Positions 54,638 through 64,000 of a stretch of DNA of 64,000 nt are shown piece after piece. Where the stretch lies: NCBI GenBank assembly GCA_041305385.1, contig JBFYLO010000053.1:265-64264 (forward strand), in the 5' to 3' direction. This DNA is from Candidatus Micrarchaeota archaeon. Its GTDB lineage: Archaea; Micrarchaeota; Micrarchaeia; Burarchaeales; JAKAKT01. The translations under genes were made by a program, and so were the position numbers. A model generated the notes under the pieces. That model did no database searches and was not told the DNA's origin. It saw only the letters and a program-made list of their open reading frames with translations. Position 1 is the stretch's first letter. Each line of letters starts with the position of its first letter.

Positions 54638-55297
54638 CTACTCCCTAAGCTTCTTAAGAACGAAAAGCTCGTTAAGATAAACAAGAGGAAACCTAGGTAT
54701 TTTTTCGTAGTAAACTATCTTGAGTCCCAATTCCTTCGCGAAACCCTCGACATCCTTCCTACCAAGAGAGGTCTTGTGTGCCGTCATGTCCTCTATCCTC
54801 TTGGCTTTTCCCAAAAAGAAAATTTTTCTCCCAAGACGTAGGACGTCCTCGTTTGGATACGTGATGATAAGCTGTCCACTCTGATTCACCATTGCGGCAA
54901 GAATCTCCAAAAGTTCTTTTGGATTTTCCACGTGTTCTATGACTTCTGAGCATACTACGGTATCAAAATTTTCACTTATCGCCTTCCTAACTTGAAACAG
55001 ATCAGAGCAAACGAATTTCGTCTTGTCTAAAACTCCGTTCGACTTAGCGATTTGCCCGGCTTTCTTCGTCCTAGCCGGCACAATGTCAACGCCCACTATC
55101 CTCTTACACTTTTTTGCGAAAGCACTGGTCGTGTATCCCTCCCCGCATCCAGCATCAAGAACAAAATCTTCTGGTCGTATCTTATCCAGTATTCTGTCGA
55201 TTCTCAGTTTTGCCACGTAGCTGATTATGGGATTTCCGCTTTCATAAAGATGGCTTTGGTAATCACCGTGTTCAATCTTTTTTCCGCACAATTTCAT
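54638..55297 (-). CDS. Class I SAM-dependent methyltransferase
   Basis: 'VLDAGCGEG' and 'CSEVIEHV'. Confidence 0.9.
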   Translation of the reverse strand: MKLCGKKIEHGDYQSHLYESGNPIISYVAKLRIDRILDKIRPEDFVLDAGCGEGYTTSAFAKKCKRIVGVDIVPARTKKAGQIAKSNGVLDKTKFVCSDLFQVRKAISENFDTVVCSEVIEHVENPKELLEILAAMVNQSGQLIITYPNEDVLRLGRKIFFLGKAKRIEDMTAHKTSLGRKDVEGFAKELGLKIVYYEKIPRFPLVYLNELFVLKKLRE

Positions 55298-55627
55298 CTA
55301 CTCCTCGAAAGCAATTTTCTTTATGATTTTCTTCATTTTCTGCTCTTGCACCTTGGCTTTTTTGTAGAGATAAAAGGAGACGGCTGCCAACACCGTTATC
55401 GACATTATAGTTAGAGTGTCGAGAAGGTTATACGAAAGGATTATCGTAGTAGTAAGAGGGAAAAAGAATGCGGACGCAAACGAGACGGCTATGAGGCCCC
55501 CCCATATCACGAACCAGACTGCAAATTCGCTTCTTTCAAAAACCTTTTTTCTATATTGGATGTAAGAGTTATAACAGAAAAACGCCCCAAAGACCACTCC
55601 GAAAAGCTGGAGAGCAGAAAGGTTCAT
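55298..55627 (-). CDS. DUF2304-like membrane protein
   Basis: Three TM segments and a C-terminal charged helix; follows a DPM-like GT2 gene, as is typical; start refined to ATG 55627. Confidence 0.8.
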   Translation of the reverse strand: MNLSALQLFGVVFGAFFCYNSYIQYRKKVFERSEFAVWFVIWGGLIAVSFASAFFFPLTTTIILSYNLLDTLTIMSITVLAAVSFYLYKKAKVQEQKMKKIIKKIAFEE

Positions 55628-56304
55628 CAAAACAGCCCCCTTTTCAACATTGCCATAGATATCCGGATTCCAGAAGTTATGTCTGTCCCCTTTACCTCTG
55701 TCCATTCATCATAGACGGCTTTTATCTTAACTTCGCAGTATTTAATATGTTTCCTGCCGACCTCAAGGACGAACTCGGAGCAGACATCATAGCCATCGCT
55801 GCGCATATCGAGTTTCCCATAAGCCTTTGACTCAAAAGCTCTGAACCCCGACTGGCTGTCGGTTATATTGACCCCAGAGAGAAAATTCGCGGCATGGGTG
55901 AGCACAGAATTTCCAACTTGTTTAATCCAAGGCATCTGCCTCGAATCTCCAAACCTGTTTGTGAACACGAACTCATAGCCCTCTTCCAGCTTCGCAAGCA
56001 GCTTCGGTATCTCCTCAGGGGGGTGCTGCCCATCAGCATCAATCAAAACTATTGAATCTGCTCCCATTTTCTCAATCGCATACTCGCAGCCGAGCCTGGT
56101 TGCATGCCCGACCCCCATGTTCACGGGCGAGGAGAGCACTTTCGCGCCCGCCTTCCTCGCAATTTCTGCAGTTCCGTCCACACTCCCGTCGTCGCTCACA
56201 AGAACCTCGTCAACATATCTCCCAAGCTCCTTCAGCACCGAGCCTATCCTCTTCTCCTCATTGAAGGCGGGAATGACTGCAACGACTTTCTTGCCAGGTT
56301 TCAT
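55627..56304 (-). CDS. GT2 family, dolichol-phosphate glycosyltransferase-like
   Basis: 'PAFNEE', 'DDGS.DGT', 'DADGQH' and 'DSQSGFRA'. Confidence 0.94.
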   Translation of the reverse strand: MKPGKKVVAVIPAFNEEKRIGSVLKELGRYVDEVLVSDDGSVDGTAEIARKAGAKVLSSPVNMGVGHATRLGCEYAIEKMGADSIVLIDADGQHPPEEIPKLLAKLEEGYEFVFTNRFGDSRQMPWIKQVGNSVLTHAANFLSGVNITDSQSGFRAFESKAYGKLDMRSDGYDVCSEFVLEVGRKHIKYCEVKIKAVYDEWTEVKGTDITSGIRISMAMLKRGLF

Positions 56305-57197
56305 CTACTCATCGCTCCCTTGTCGCAATAAATCTCTTTTCGCTTCTTGAAAATCTCCCAGAGTCTATTAAAGTTGTATCCATACGCCTTAAGAAAGGGA
56401 GACGTCCTCCCTTTGAAAACCGATTTCACAAGCCTGAAAACCTCTGCAGGGAAAGCAAGAACAAGCCAGAGGGGCGAGTAGTTCTTTAGCATGAACCTTA
56501 CCCTGCTCCTCTCCCGATAGTAAAAAACCCGTCCCATGCCAGTGACTGTCGCTCCCTCCTTGTGAATAAGCACGCTTTTTGGAGTATAAACCACTCTGAA
56601 ACCGGCCTTCTTTGCCCTCATGCAGTAATCGGTTTCCTCGTAGTAGAGCGGCGAATAACCTTCATCCAAGTAACCAATTTTTTCAATCACCGCCCTCTTT
56701 ATGAAGAAAGCTGCGCCAGTGACATAATCATATTCCCGGACTTTGTCATACTGCCCTTTGTCCGCATCGCCCCGTCCGTGGAACACGATTTTCCATGGAG
56801 TGAGGCTGCAGCCGGCATGCTGTATTCGTCCATTCGGATAAAGGAGCTTGCAGCCGACAATTCCCGTCTCATCGTCCTTTGCAGCGTCAAGAAAGCCCCA
56901 TTCCCAGTTCTTTCCAACCTCTATGTCGTTGTTCAGGAGAATTACAAACTCCCCCTTTGAGGCGGAAATCCCCAGGTTGTTTGACTTGGCGAAGCCGAGG
57001 TTTTCCTTGTTGGCAATCAGCTTCGCCTTGGGAAATTTCTTTCGCACCATTTCCGCGCTCCCATCCGAGCTTGCATCGTCAACCACAATCAGTTCATGCT
57101 TCACTTTCGTGTTCTCCTCGAGCAGCGAGATGCATCTCCCAAGCATGTCCTTGCGGTTGTAGTTCGTGATGACAATTGAGATTATGATTTCGCTCAT
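56301..57197 (-). CDS. GT2 family glycosyltransferase
   Basis: Start at ATG 57197 (MSEIIISIVITNYN); 'DDASSDG', 'N.GFA..NN', 'LLNND' and 'YEETDYC.R'. Confidence 0.94.
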   Translation of the reverse strand: MSEIIISIVITNYNRKDMLGRCISLLEENTKVKHELIVVDDASSDGSAEMVRKKFPKAKLIANKENLGFAKSNNLGISASKGEFVILLNNDIEVGKNWEWGFLDAAKDDETGIVGCKLLYPNGRIQHAGCSLTPWKIVFHGRGDADKGQYDKVREYDYVTGAAFFIKRAVIEKIGYLDEGYSPLYYEETDYCMRAKKAGFRVVYTPKSVLIHKEGATVTGMGRVFYYRERSRVRFMLKNYSPLWLVLAFPAEVFRLVKSVFKGRTSPFLKAYGYNFNRLWEIFKKRKEIYCDKGAMSR

Positions 57198-58444
57198 CTT
57201 ATCACAGGCCCATATCTCATCGAATAATACACGGTCGCTCCCCCCACGGCAAGTAAGAACAGGGTGCAGGATATTAACGTTGCGGTCGCCGCCCCAGCCA
57301 GGCCACCGGAAGGAATGAATGAGTAAAGCAGGAGCAGATTGACAGGGATTATCAAGGCGGAAAGTGCAAGAGGCACATCCTCCTTGCGCTGTGACCAGAG
57401 TATGTTCACCAGGAAATTCGCCCCTCCAAAGACCACCATGGCCAGAGCGAGTATCGAGAACGCCCCGGCCCCCATCTGGCCATAGAGTGGACCGTAGAGG
57501 AGCGAGAGGATGGGGATCCCAAAAAGCACGAAAATAGGCGCAATCGGCACAATGAAGAGGAGCGATATGAGGAACCGTCTGAGAAGCTCCCAGCGATTTC
57601 CGAATGTCAGCTTCGCAGCCTGGGGGAGCAATACGAACACAATGGAGTTGCTCAAATAGAACGGTATTCTTGCAGTTATCCCGGCAGTGTTGTAGAATGC
57701 CGCTGACTCGGGGCCCATCAGGAGCCTTATAATCAGAAGGTCCGAGTGGATGAAGACGATCATGAGGATGTTCGTGGCCAGCACTCTTGCAAAAGAGCTG
57801 TCGAAATTCATGCCGTCCTTTCCGTTTTCCCTTGAAAACCAGCCCATGAACATCGCAATCGGGAAAACCACAAGCACAAAACTGAGAGGGAATGAGATTG
57901 CAGCGCCCACAAGCTCGAAGCCGGCCAACACCATGCCCACTGCCAAAATGACCCTCAGGAGCATCGGCACGTTGTAAAGCACGTTGAGTTCGATTATTTT
58001 CTCTTTTCCCTGGAAATAGCCGTTTATCACAGCAGAGGCATATCCGAAAGGAATAGACAAGCTCACGAGAATGATCCCGATGAGCAGCGGCGATATCGAA
58101 CCAAACAGCATGACTGCGATAAGCGAGAGCACAATTGCAGTCGCAGTGCCCCAAATCAATGCTTTCTTAAGATAGCTTTTCACTAGGCTCTCAGGCTTCC
58201 TCTTCTCCCCGCTCTTTTCGAATTTTGCTATCTCCCTGGAAATCAGTCCCTGGACGCTGTTAATTGGCATCGTTGCTATGACCATGAGCGCATTGAGGAT
58301 GGATAAGTCCCCATAGGAAGCAGGACTCAGCATCCGGACCATGAGTATGTGGAAAACATAAGCTAGGGCCATCGAGAACCCCATTCCTCCGGTTGCAATG
58401 ATGGATTTGCCGAAATAGCTGCTGAAAAATTTCCCCGTGTTCAT
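57194..58444 (-). CDS. Oligosaccharide flippase (Wzx/MOP family)
   Basis: About 12 TM segments; 'R.L....YG', 'G.Y.....' and 'G..GAA.AT'. Confidence 0.9.
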   Translation of the reverse strand: MNTGKFFSSYFGKSIIATGGMGFSMALAYVFHILMVRMLSPASYGDLSILNALMVIATMPINSVQGLISREIAKFEKSGEKRKPESLVKSYLKKALIWGTATAIVLSLIAVMLFGSISPLLIGIILVSLSIPFGYASAVINGYFQGKEKIIELNVLYNVPMLLRVILAVGMVLAGFELVGAAISFPLSFVLVVFPIAMFMGWFSRENGKDGMNFDSSFARVLATNILMIVFIHSDLLIIRLLMGPESAAFYNTAGITARIPFYLSNSIVFVLLPQAAKLTFGNRWELLRRFLISLLFIVPIAPIFVLFGIPILSLLYGPLYGQMGAGAFSILALAMVVFGGANFLVNILWSQRKEDVPLALSALIIPVNLLLLYSFIPSGGLAGAATATLISCTLFLLAVGGATVYYSMRYGPVIR

Positions 58445-59580
58445 CGGTTTCCCCCTATTTTCCTGCAGACTTCCCCGAATCTCCCGAGGAACCTGTCCCA
58501 GGAGAAGTGCTTCTCAACATGCGCCCTTCCCAGCTTGCCCATCCTTTCGACTTCTTCAGGCCTCCCAGCCAGATACTCCATCTTCTCAGTCATCTCCATG
58601 ATTGAATCAACGAGGAAGCCCGTCTTCCCGTTCTCAATTACTTCCCTCGGCCCTCCCTCATTCACTGCAATGCAGGGCTTTCTCGAAGCCATTGCCTCAA
58701 GAGGGACAATCCCGAAATCCTCATTCACAGGGGAATAGAGAACTGAGTAAGCATTCGAGTAAAGATTCTTCAATTCCGAAAAGGGAAGGTCCAGCCTGAT
58801 TTCCCCGTCATTTCCCATGTAATTCCTCAGCCACTCGTAATACTGGAGATGCTCTGGCCTGTCGCGCATGAGCGCACCGGCAATGACGAGCTTCCACTCG
58901 TCCCTTCCGCTGTTTTTCTTGAACTGCCTGAATGCCTCCACAACATACTCAAAGCGCTTCTCAGGGGTTATTCTCGACGGGTAAAAGAAGTATTTCTCAT
59001 AGCTCCCGCATTCGAAGTCCTTGTAATCAACTCCAGGGTGGAGGATTTCAGACTTCAGGTTCAGGTAGTTGAGGAGCCTGTCCTGGGTGTTCTTGCTGTT
59101 GGCGAACACATACTCAAGCTTCGGGACAGTCTTGAACTCGAAATATTTGAATGCCTGGATGCAGGCCCAGTAAACGGCTTTCCCGTGAGGCCTCCTCTTG
59201 CTCATCCTGAAATTGTAAAGGTCAAACGCTTCGCGGTTCGGAGTGTGCGAATACCAAACAACACGCTCATTCTTGCTCCTTATCCACTCGGAGGGGGTTC
59301 CCTGTGCATTAATCACGTCGTAGTCCGAAAGCTTTCGGTAATAGAACGCCTCCCCGGCAGCAACTGCGTGCCTTATCCTTATGGGCAGGAATGAGGGCAT
59401 GAGTCCGAACAGCTTGGAGGGGATTACCTCGACATCCAGGTCCTTGAACTCGGGGAAAGTCTTCTCCCTCTCATACAGGACGCAATAAATCTTGGCGTCG
59501 AATTTCTGCGCTATCTTAAGCACGACCTTCTCCGCTCCTCCGCGGACATACAAGAAAGGATGCGCAATCGCGAGCTTCAT
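58441..59580 (-). CDS. GT4 family glycosyltransferase
   Basis: Start at ATG 59580; 'GGAEKV', 'ANS..T', 'SRI.PEKR' and 'EDFGIVPLEAMA'. Confidence 0.95.
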   Translation of the reverse strand: MKLAIAHPFLYVRGGAEKVVLKIAQKFDAKIYCVLYEREKTFPEFKDLDVEVIPSKLFGLMPSFLPIRIRHAVAAGEAFYYRKLSDYDVINAQGTPSEWIRSKNERVVWYSHTPNREAFDLYNFRMSKRRPHGKAVYWACIQAFKYFEFKTVPKLEYVFANSKNTQDRLLNYLNLKSEILHPGVDYKDFECGSYEKYFFYPSRITPEKRFEYVVEAFRQFKKNSGRDEWKLVIAGALMRDRPEHLQYYEWLRNYMGNDGEIRLDLPFSELKNLYSNAYSVLYSPVNEDFGIVPLEAMASRKPCIAVNEGGPREVIENGKTGFLVDSIMEMTEKMEYLAGRPEEVERMGKLGRAHVEKHFSWDRFLGRFGEVCRKIGGNR

Positions 59581-59653
59581 CGTTAACCCCCAAAAGATAA
59601 CACCCCTATTCGCACTGTAAAGTATTAAAAAGTGAGCGATTGCAAATTGTCTT

Positions 59654-60187
59654 ATGGACTCCAAGCTGAGTCGCGACGTGTTTGTCCCGCTAGTTTTTGC
59701 AGGTTCCCTTGCAGGCGCCGCTCTCAAGCTGTTTGTTCCAATCCCGAACATCGAGCTTCTGCTTCCGTTTGTAATGACTGCAGGAATGCTCGCAGGTCCT
59801 GGCAGGGGCTTTGCTGCGGGCTTCTCGATACGGATGATTTATGACTTCTATCTCGGGATTCCTGGCCCATGGACAGTTTACACCGCAATCACCTACGGAA
59901 TTGTTGGATTGCTCGCAAGTTTCATTCCGCTAACTGAGAGTAGGAGAAAGCTCGTCTTCTGGGCAGCGGGCCTCACGATAGTTTATGACATACTCTCAAT
60001 GGCGGGATTTGGCCTCTCATTCGGGCTCCCGCTCCTTTCCCTCATCGGACCCCAGGTTCCCTTCACTGCGCTTCATCTAGCAGGGAACTGTGTGTTTGTT
60101 TTCGCGATTCTTCCAGGAACCTTGGTGGCAACAAAAAAAGTTGCAAGCGGCGAGTTGCTTCCGGTTCTTGCAGGTGTTTGGACATGA
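59654..60187 (+). CDS. Membrane protein resembling an ECF transporter S-component
   Basis: About 5-6 TM segments; 'IPNIE', 'G...GP..G' and 'GPWT'. Confidence 0.7.
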   Translation: MDSKLSRDVFVPLVFAGSLAGAALKLFVPIPNIELLLPFVMTAGMLAGPGRGFAAGFSIRMIYDFYLGIPGPWTVYTAITYGIVGLLASFIPLTESRRKLVFWAAGLTIVYDILSMAGFGLSFGLPLLSLIGPQVPFTALHLAGNCVFVFAILPGTLVATKKVASGELLPVLAGVWT

Positions 60188-60909
60188 AAGGGGTTATTCT
60201 CGCAGGAGGGATGGGCACGAGGCTCCTCCCCCTCACAAAAGTCACGAACAAGCACCTTCTGCCAGTCTACAACAAGCCCATGATTTATTTCCCGCTTGAG
60301 GTTCTCCTGGGGGCGGGAATAAAGGAAATACTGATAGTAACAGGCCCTGAGAATGCCGGGGACTTCATGAAGCTTCTTGGAAGCGGGAAGGAGTTCGGGG
60401 CAGAATTCTCCTACAGGGTCCAAGATGAAGCAGGGGGGATAGCCCAGGCGCTCTCACTGGCCAGGGGATTCGTGGGAAAGGACGGCAAATTTGCGGTCAT
60501 CCTCGGGGACAATATTTTCGGCAACCATGTCTCCAAGAGCATAGCGAAATTCGAGAATGAGACGTTCAAGGCGAAGGTTTTCCTCAAAGAGACCGGGCAA
60601 CCGGAGAGGTTCGGGGTCGCGGAGCTGAAGGGGGGCAAGGTTGTGGGGATTGAGGAGAAACCCAAGAAGCCAAAGAGCAGCTATGCAGTCACAGGCCTCT
60701 ACCTCTACGACAGCTCTGTTTTCGAAATCATAAGGAAGCTCAAGCCCTCTGCCCGCGGGGAGCTTGAAATAACGGAGGTAAACAACGAATACATCAGGCG
60801 CGGGGAGATGGGCTACGAAATTCTCAAAGGCGGATGGAGCGATGCCGGAACAATAGAGTCCCTCTATAAGGCCGCAACGCTCGCAAAAGAAGAGTCTCAG
60901 CGTCTCTGA
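60184..60909 (+). CDS. rmlA: Glucose-1-phosphate thymidylyltransferase (short form)
   Basis: 'LAGG.GTRL.P.T...NKHLLPVY.KPMI', 'EEKP..PKS', 'RGELEIT' and 'W.DAGT'. Confidence 0.92.
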   Translation: MKGVILAGGMGTRLLPLTKVTNKHLLPVYNKPMIYFPLEVLLGAGIKEILIVTGPENAGDFMKLLGSGKEFGAEFSYRVQDEAGGIAQALSLARGFVGKDGKFAVILGDNIFGNHVSKSIAKFENETFKAKVFLKETGQPERFGVAELKGGKVVGIEEKPKKPKSSYAVTGLYLYDSSVFEIIRKLKPSARGELEITEVNNEYIRRGEMGYEILKGGWSDAGTIESLYKAATLAKEESQRL

Positions 60910-61772
60910 GCCCTCATCTTCTCCAAACCTTCTTTAGCCCCGAGCATCTTCACTCCGAGCTCTTTTTCTGTTTTCTCGACACTCAGGGGTGCATAGAGCG
61001 GCCTCCTGGCCCTCTGCTTCAGCTCGGCAGTCTTCACTGGCTTAACCAGGGCTTTGTCGAGGCCGAAAACCTCTGCCAAAATGAGCGTGAAATTGTACCG
61101 GTCAATTGCCTCCCCTCCAGCCATGTGGTAAACGCCGGTCTTCCTGTTCTCCACTGCCTTCAGCACAGCTTCAGCAAGGTTATCTGCGAGAGTTGGGCTC
61201 CCCACCTGGTCGTCCACGATTTTCACTTCCTTCTTGTTCTCAAGCTCCCCCAGGGCCCAGGTCGCGAAGTTCAGCTTGCTGTCGTTCCATCCGTAGATGA
61301 CGCTGGTCCTGGCAACCAGGCTGTCTCCCTTAACCCCGAGAACAGCCTCCTCGCCCATCCTCTTCGTTTGGCCGTAGTAACTCAGTGGGTTAGGTTTGTC
61401 GTCCTCTTTGTAAAGCCCTCCCTTTGCCCCGTCAAACACATATTCAGTTGAAAAATAAACGCAATGGGCGCCAACGGATGCGCAAACTTCCGCGATGTTC
61501 CTGGCGGCATCCACATTCACTGATTTCGCGAGCTCGGTGTCGGCCTCGCACTTGTCCACCTGGTGGAAGGCTGAAGTGTTTATCACGGCGCCAGGCGAGA
61601 GTTCCTCAATGAGCTTACTCACTGCCCTGTGGTCAGTCACCTCGAGCTTGTGGAACTTCGACTTCTTCACCAGCTGCCCGTGGTAGGTTGCATGGACATC
61701 AAATTTTCCTCTCGCCTGCTCGACAATTTTGTTTCCCACGAGCCCGGTTCCGCCAATGACAAGGATTTTCAT
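60897..61772 (-). CDS. rmlD: dTDP-4-dehydrorhamnose reductase
   Basis: 'GGTGLVG', 'VD.CE', 'STEYVFDG', 'YG.TK', 'DQ.GSPT' and 'A.RP'. Confidence 0.94.
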   Translation of the reverse strand: MKILVIGGTGLVGNKIVEQARGKFDVHATYHGQLVKKSKFHKLEVTDHRAVSKLIEELSPGAVINTSAFHQVDKCEADTELAKSVNVDAARNIAEVCASVGAHCVYFSTEYVFDGAKGGLYKEDDKPNPLSYYGQTKRMGEEAVLGVKGDSLVARTSVIYGWNDSKLNFATWALGELENKKEVKIVDDQVGSPTLADNLAEAVLKAVENRKTGVYHMAGGEAIDRYNFTLILAEVFGLDKALVKPVKTAELKQRARRPLYAPLSVEKTEKELGVKMLGAKEGLEKMRAQRR

Positions 61773-61851
61773 GGTCCGCCTCCGATTTACCTATTTTCAA
61801 CAACAGAATCAATTAAAAACCTTTTGCAGGAAACCCTTATGGGGTGAATCG

Positions 61852-62322
61852 ATGATAGATGGCGTTGAAATCAAGGAGCTCAGAGTCTTCAAGGACAAGC
61901 GCGGCTTCCTGTTCGAGATTCTCAGGGGAAGCGACAAGATAAAGTCGGACGGTCCCAAAGCATTCGGCCAGTTCTACATAAGCACCTGCTACCCTGCAGT
62001 CATAAAGGGCAAGCACCTGCACAAGAAGCAGACGGACCACCTCACAGTCATAAAAGGCAAGGGCGTCATTCACATAGAAGACGGGCGCGAGGGCAGCAAG
62101 ACCAAGGGACAGAAAATGGCCGTCGAAGTCGGGGATGACAATTACAAGTTAGTGAAGATACCCCCCGGCCTGTGGCACTCAACCGAGAATGTAGGAACCG
62201 AAACAGTCTACTTTATCAACTACGTCACCCACGAATACAACCCGAAGGAGCCAGACGAGTACAGGGCGGAATTCGACCTCAAGGACAAGAAGATGCCGAC
62301 AGAGCCAAGCGCAATCGGATAG
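61852..62322 (+). CDS. rmlC: dTDP-4-dehydrorhamnose 3,5-epimerase family cupin
   Basis: 'D.RG.L.E', 'KG.HLH..Q.D' and 'IPPG.WH'; start refined to ATG 61852. Confidence 0.88.
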   Translation: MIDGVEIKELRVFKDKRGFLFEILRGSDKIKSDGPKAFGQFYISTCYPAVIKGKHLHKKQTDHLTVIKGKGVIHIEDGREGSKTKGQKMAVEVGDDNYKLVKIPPGLWHSTENVGTETVYFINYVTHEYNPKEPDEYRAEFDLKDKKMPTEPSAIG

Positions 62323-62329
62323 TGAGCCA

Positions 62330-63283
62330 ATGACCATCCTAATCACCGGAGGGACGGGGTATCTTGGCTCGCTGCTCATTGAGGAGCTCGCAAAATCCAA
62401 GAAATACCGCTCCGAGAAAATCCGCATTCTGGACAACATGTTCCGCGAGAGGTATGTTACCCTCTGGAACCTCCAGAAGGGAACTCAGTATGAGCTAATC
62501 GAGGGAGACATAAAGAAAAAGGAGGATGTCGAGCGGGCCTTCGAAGGAGTTGACTTGGTGTTCGACCTAGCGGGCATAACGAACGCCCCATTTTCCTTCG
62601 AGCGAAAGGAGCTGACGATGGAGGTAAATGTCGGCGGGGCGAAAAACGTAATCGAGGCCGCAATAAAGCGCAATGCAAAGCTCATCTACTCCTCGAGTGC
62701 AAGCGTCTACGGTCCGACGAAAGGCATCGTTGACGAGAACTACGAGTGCAAGCCCGTTTCTCCCTACGGGGTTTCGAAGCTGGAAGCCGAGGGCGAAATC
62801 AACAAGGCATCCAAGCGGGGCCTCAAGGCAGTGATTCTCCGGTTGGGAACAGTCTACGGCTGGTCAGTCGGAATGCGCTTTGACACAGTTGTCGACAGGT
62901 TCTGCTTCCTCGCGGCAATCGGCTCGCCGCTCGGCGTCTACGACAGCGCCTTGAACGAGAAGCGTCCATACCTCCATGTGAAGGATTCTGCAAGAGCCTT
63001 CCTTTTCGCAGCTGAGAATTTCGAAAAGCTGAAGGGCGGTACATACAATGTAGTCGGGGATAACGACTCCATCGACCTCGTGGTTAAAAGCATAAAGAAA
63101 TTCATTCCGGGCGTGGAAGTCAAGATAACTTCGACCCCCTCACTGAATCAGCTTTCATATGTCACCGACGACTCCAAGATAAGAAAGCTCGGGTTTAAAA
63201 CCAAGTACACGATGGAAGATGGCGTCGGAGAGCTTATCAAGAAATTTTCTGTGTTGATGGGTCAAAGACTGACTGGCGAATAG
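62330..63283 (+). CDS. NAD-dependent epimerase/dehydratase (extended SDR)
   Basis: 'TGGTGYLGS', 'SSSASVYG', YGVSK and 'RP.LHV.D'. Confidence 0.93.
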   Translation: MTILITGGTGYLGSLLIEELAKSKKYRSEKIRILDNMFRERYVTLWNLQKGTQYELIEGDIKKKEDVERAFEGVDLVFDLAGITNAPFSFERKELTMEVNVGGAKNVIEAAIKRNAKLIYSSSASVYGPTKGIVDENYECKPVSPYGVSKLEAEGEINKASKRGLKAVILRLGTVYGWSVGMRFDTVVDRFCFLAAIGSPLGVYDSALNEKRPYLHVKDSARAFLFAAENFEKLKGGTYNVVGDNDSIDLVVKSIKKFIPGVEVKITSTPSLNQLSYVTDDSKIRKLGFKTKYTMEDGVGELIKKFSVLMGQRLTGE

Positions 63284-63312
63284 TTTTTATTACCTCCCTC
63301 CAAAATCAACTC

Positions 63313-63567
63313 ATGTTCGAGGACCTGAGGAAAAAGTTCAAGCAGATAGCCTCCATAGACCCCCCCTACGACATCATAAAGGGCCCAAAGGAGATAATGG
63401 AGCTCGCCAAGTACATCGGTTCTTCCGACCTCAGCGATGACGAAAAGGAACTGTTTTTCAACACCCTCAAGGACGAGTGCCTCTCGGAATACGGCCACGT
63501 GAGCGAAGAGAAGTTCAACGAAATCCTGGACAAGATAGAAAAGAAGAGGAAGGGAATTTCCGATTAG
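63313..63567 (+). CDS. Small helical hypothetical protein
   Basis: 84-aa ORF filling the gap between neighbouring genes. Confidence 0.6.
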   Translation: MFEDLRKKFKQIASIDPPYDIIKGPKEIMELAKYIGSSDLSDDEKELFFNTLKDECLSEYGHVSEEKFNEILDKIEKKRKGISD

Positions 63568-64000
63568 GCCGGCGTTGCCTCCTCCACCTTCTTCACTACA
63601 TCATCGACATTCGCCTTCTCGCTGTTTGCCAAATCCGAGTAGAGTGCATTAATCCTGTCCACAGCTTCTTTCGCAATCTCGTATTTGGCCATGTCCACTG
63701 TTCCCGCCTGCTTATACGCCGCGAACATCATCTCAAGGGCTTTCGAGAGTTTTGAGATGTTCAGGAAGCTCATCGCAGCGCTCATCGACTTCAGGCCGTG
63801 GGCAGAGCTGTGAATCTCGGCTATCAAGTCACCGTTCTGCGGGTTGTCCTTGAGCTGGGGCAATTTCTTCAGCGCTTCGACATAAGCGGCAGCCTCCTCC
63901 TTGTAGGCATCCATGAACTCAGCCATGTCCGTCGAGTCCCCTCCCTCCGTCCCTGCACTTGGGGCTGGCGCTGGCTGGGGCGCTGCCTCCTGGGCTGGAG
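63564..64000 (-). CDS. Protein with a C-terminal Hpt (histidine phosphotransfer, CheA P1-like) domain; 5' part outside the window
   Basis: 'F.D.Y.EEA', 'AHGLKSMSA.M.F..I..L...LE'. The reading frame stays open upstream of ATG 63926 to the window edge through a P/A-rich linker (PAQEAAPQPAPAPSAG). Confidence 0.85.
   Translation of the reverse strand, partial: PAQEAAPQPAPAPSAGTEGGDSTDMAEFMDAYKEEAAAYVEALKKLPQLKDNPQNGDLIAEIHSSAHGLKSMSAAMSFLNISKLSKALEMMFAAYKQAGTVDMAKYEIAKEAVDRINALYSDLANSEKANVDDVVKKVEEATPA

Noticed and set aside
56301-58154. 617-aa ORF read as a long fusion protein
   Set aside because: The upstream half is an alternate frame over the flippase gene; the GT2 starts at ATG 57197.
1-64000. 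CRISPR array or cas genes
   Set aside because: No regularly spaced direct repeats with unique spacers and no Cas motifs were seen.

Overview
This is a 64 kb window from an archaeon, most likely DPANN/Micrarchaeota-like. That assignment is inferred from the archaeal information genes, GGTGA Shine-Dalgarno motifs, tRNAs carrying several introns, and DPANN/CPR-type Lrp and Cys-repeat proteins. Positions 1-32 kb are mostly housekeeping: the S19e-PDCD5-L39e-L31e-eIF6-L18Ae-prefoldin-ftsY superoperon, SRP54, Pus10, ribK, pth2, an Mg2+ P-type ATPase, nadX, Sm, eIF5A-S24e-S27ae and kae1. This part also holds RNase P RNA, a box C/D guide RNA, three tRNA genes and a two-module type IV toxin-antitoxin islet. 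Positions 32-63 kb are a large surface-glycosylation locus: aglB head-to-head with wzm/wzt, glycosyl-, methyl- and carbamoyltransferases, radical SAM enzymes, a DUF4956/CotH/VTC/phosphoesterase cassette, a flippase and rml genes. The main finding is that all three tRNAs (Ile-UAU, Met-CAU, Ala-GGC) carry a canonical 37/38 intron plus a long (96-129 nt) T-loop 59/60 intron. These T-loop introns are homologous to each other and built from modular hairpins with a conserved A-rich loop, so they look like a spreading, structured intron family. Other highlights are a rare tRNA-Ile(UAU), a gene-less IS200/IS605-like mini-element in the S19e leader, a guide RNA predicted to target 23S U2552, and a polyphosphate/CotH kinase cassette embedded in the glycan locus. 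All calls were made by eye from motifs; no database searches were run.
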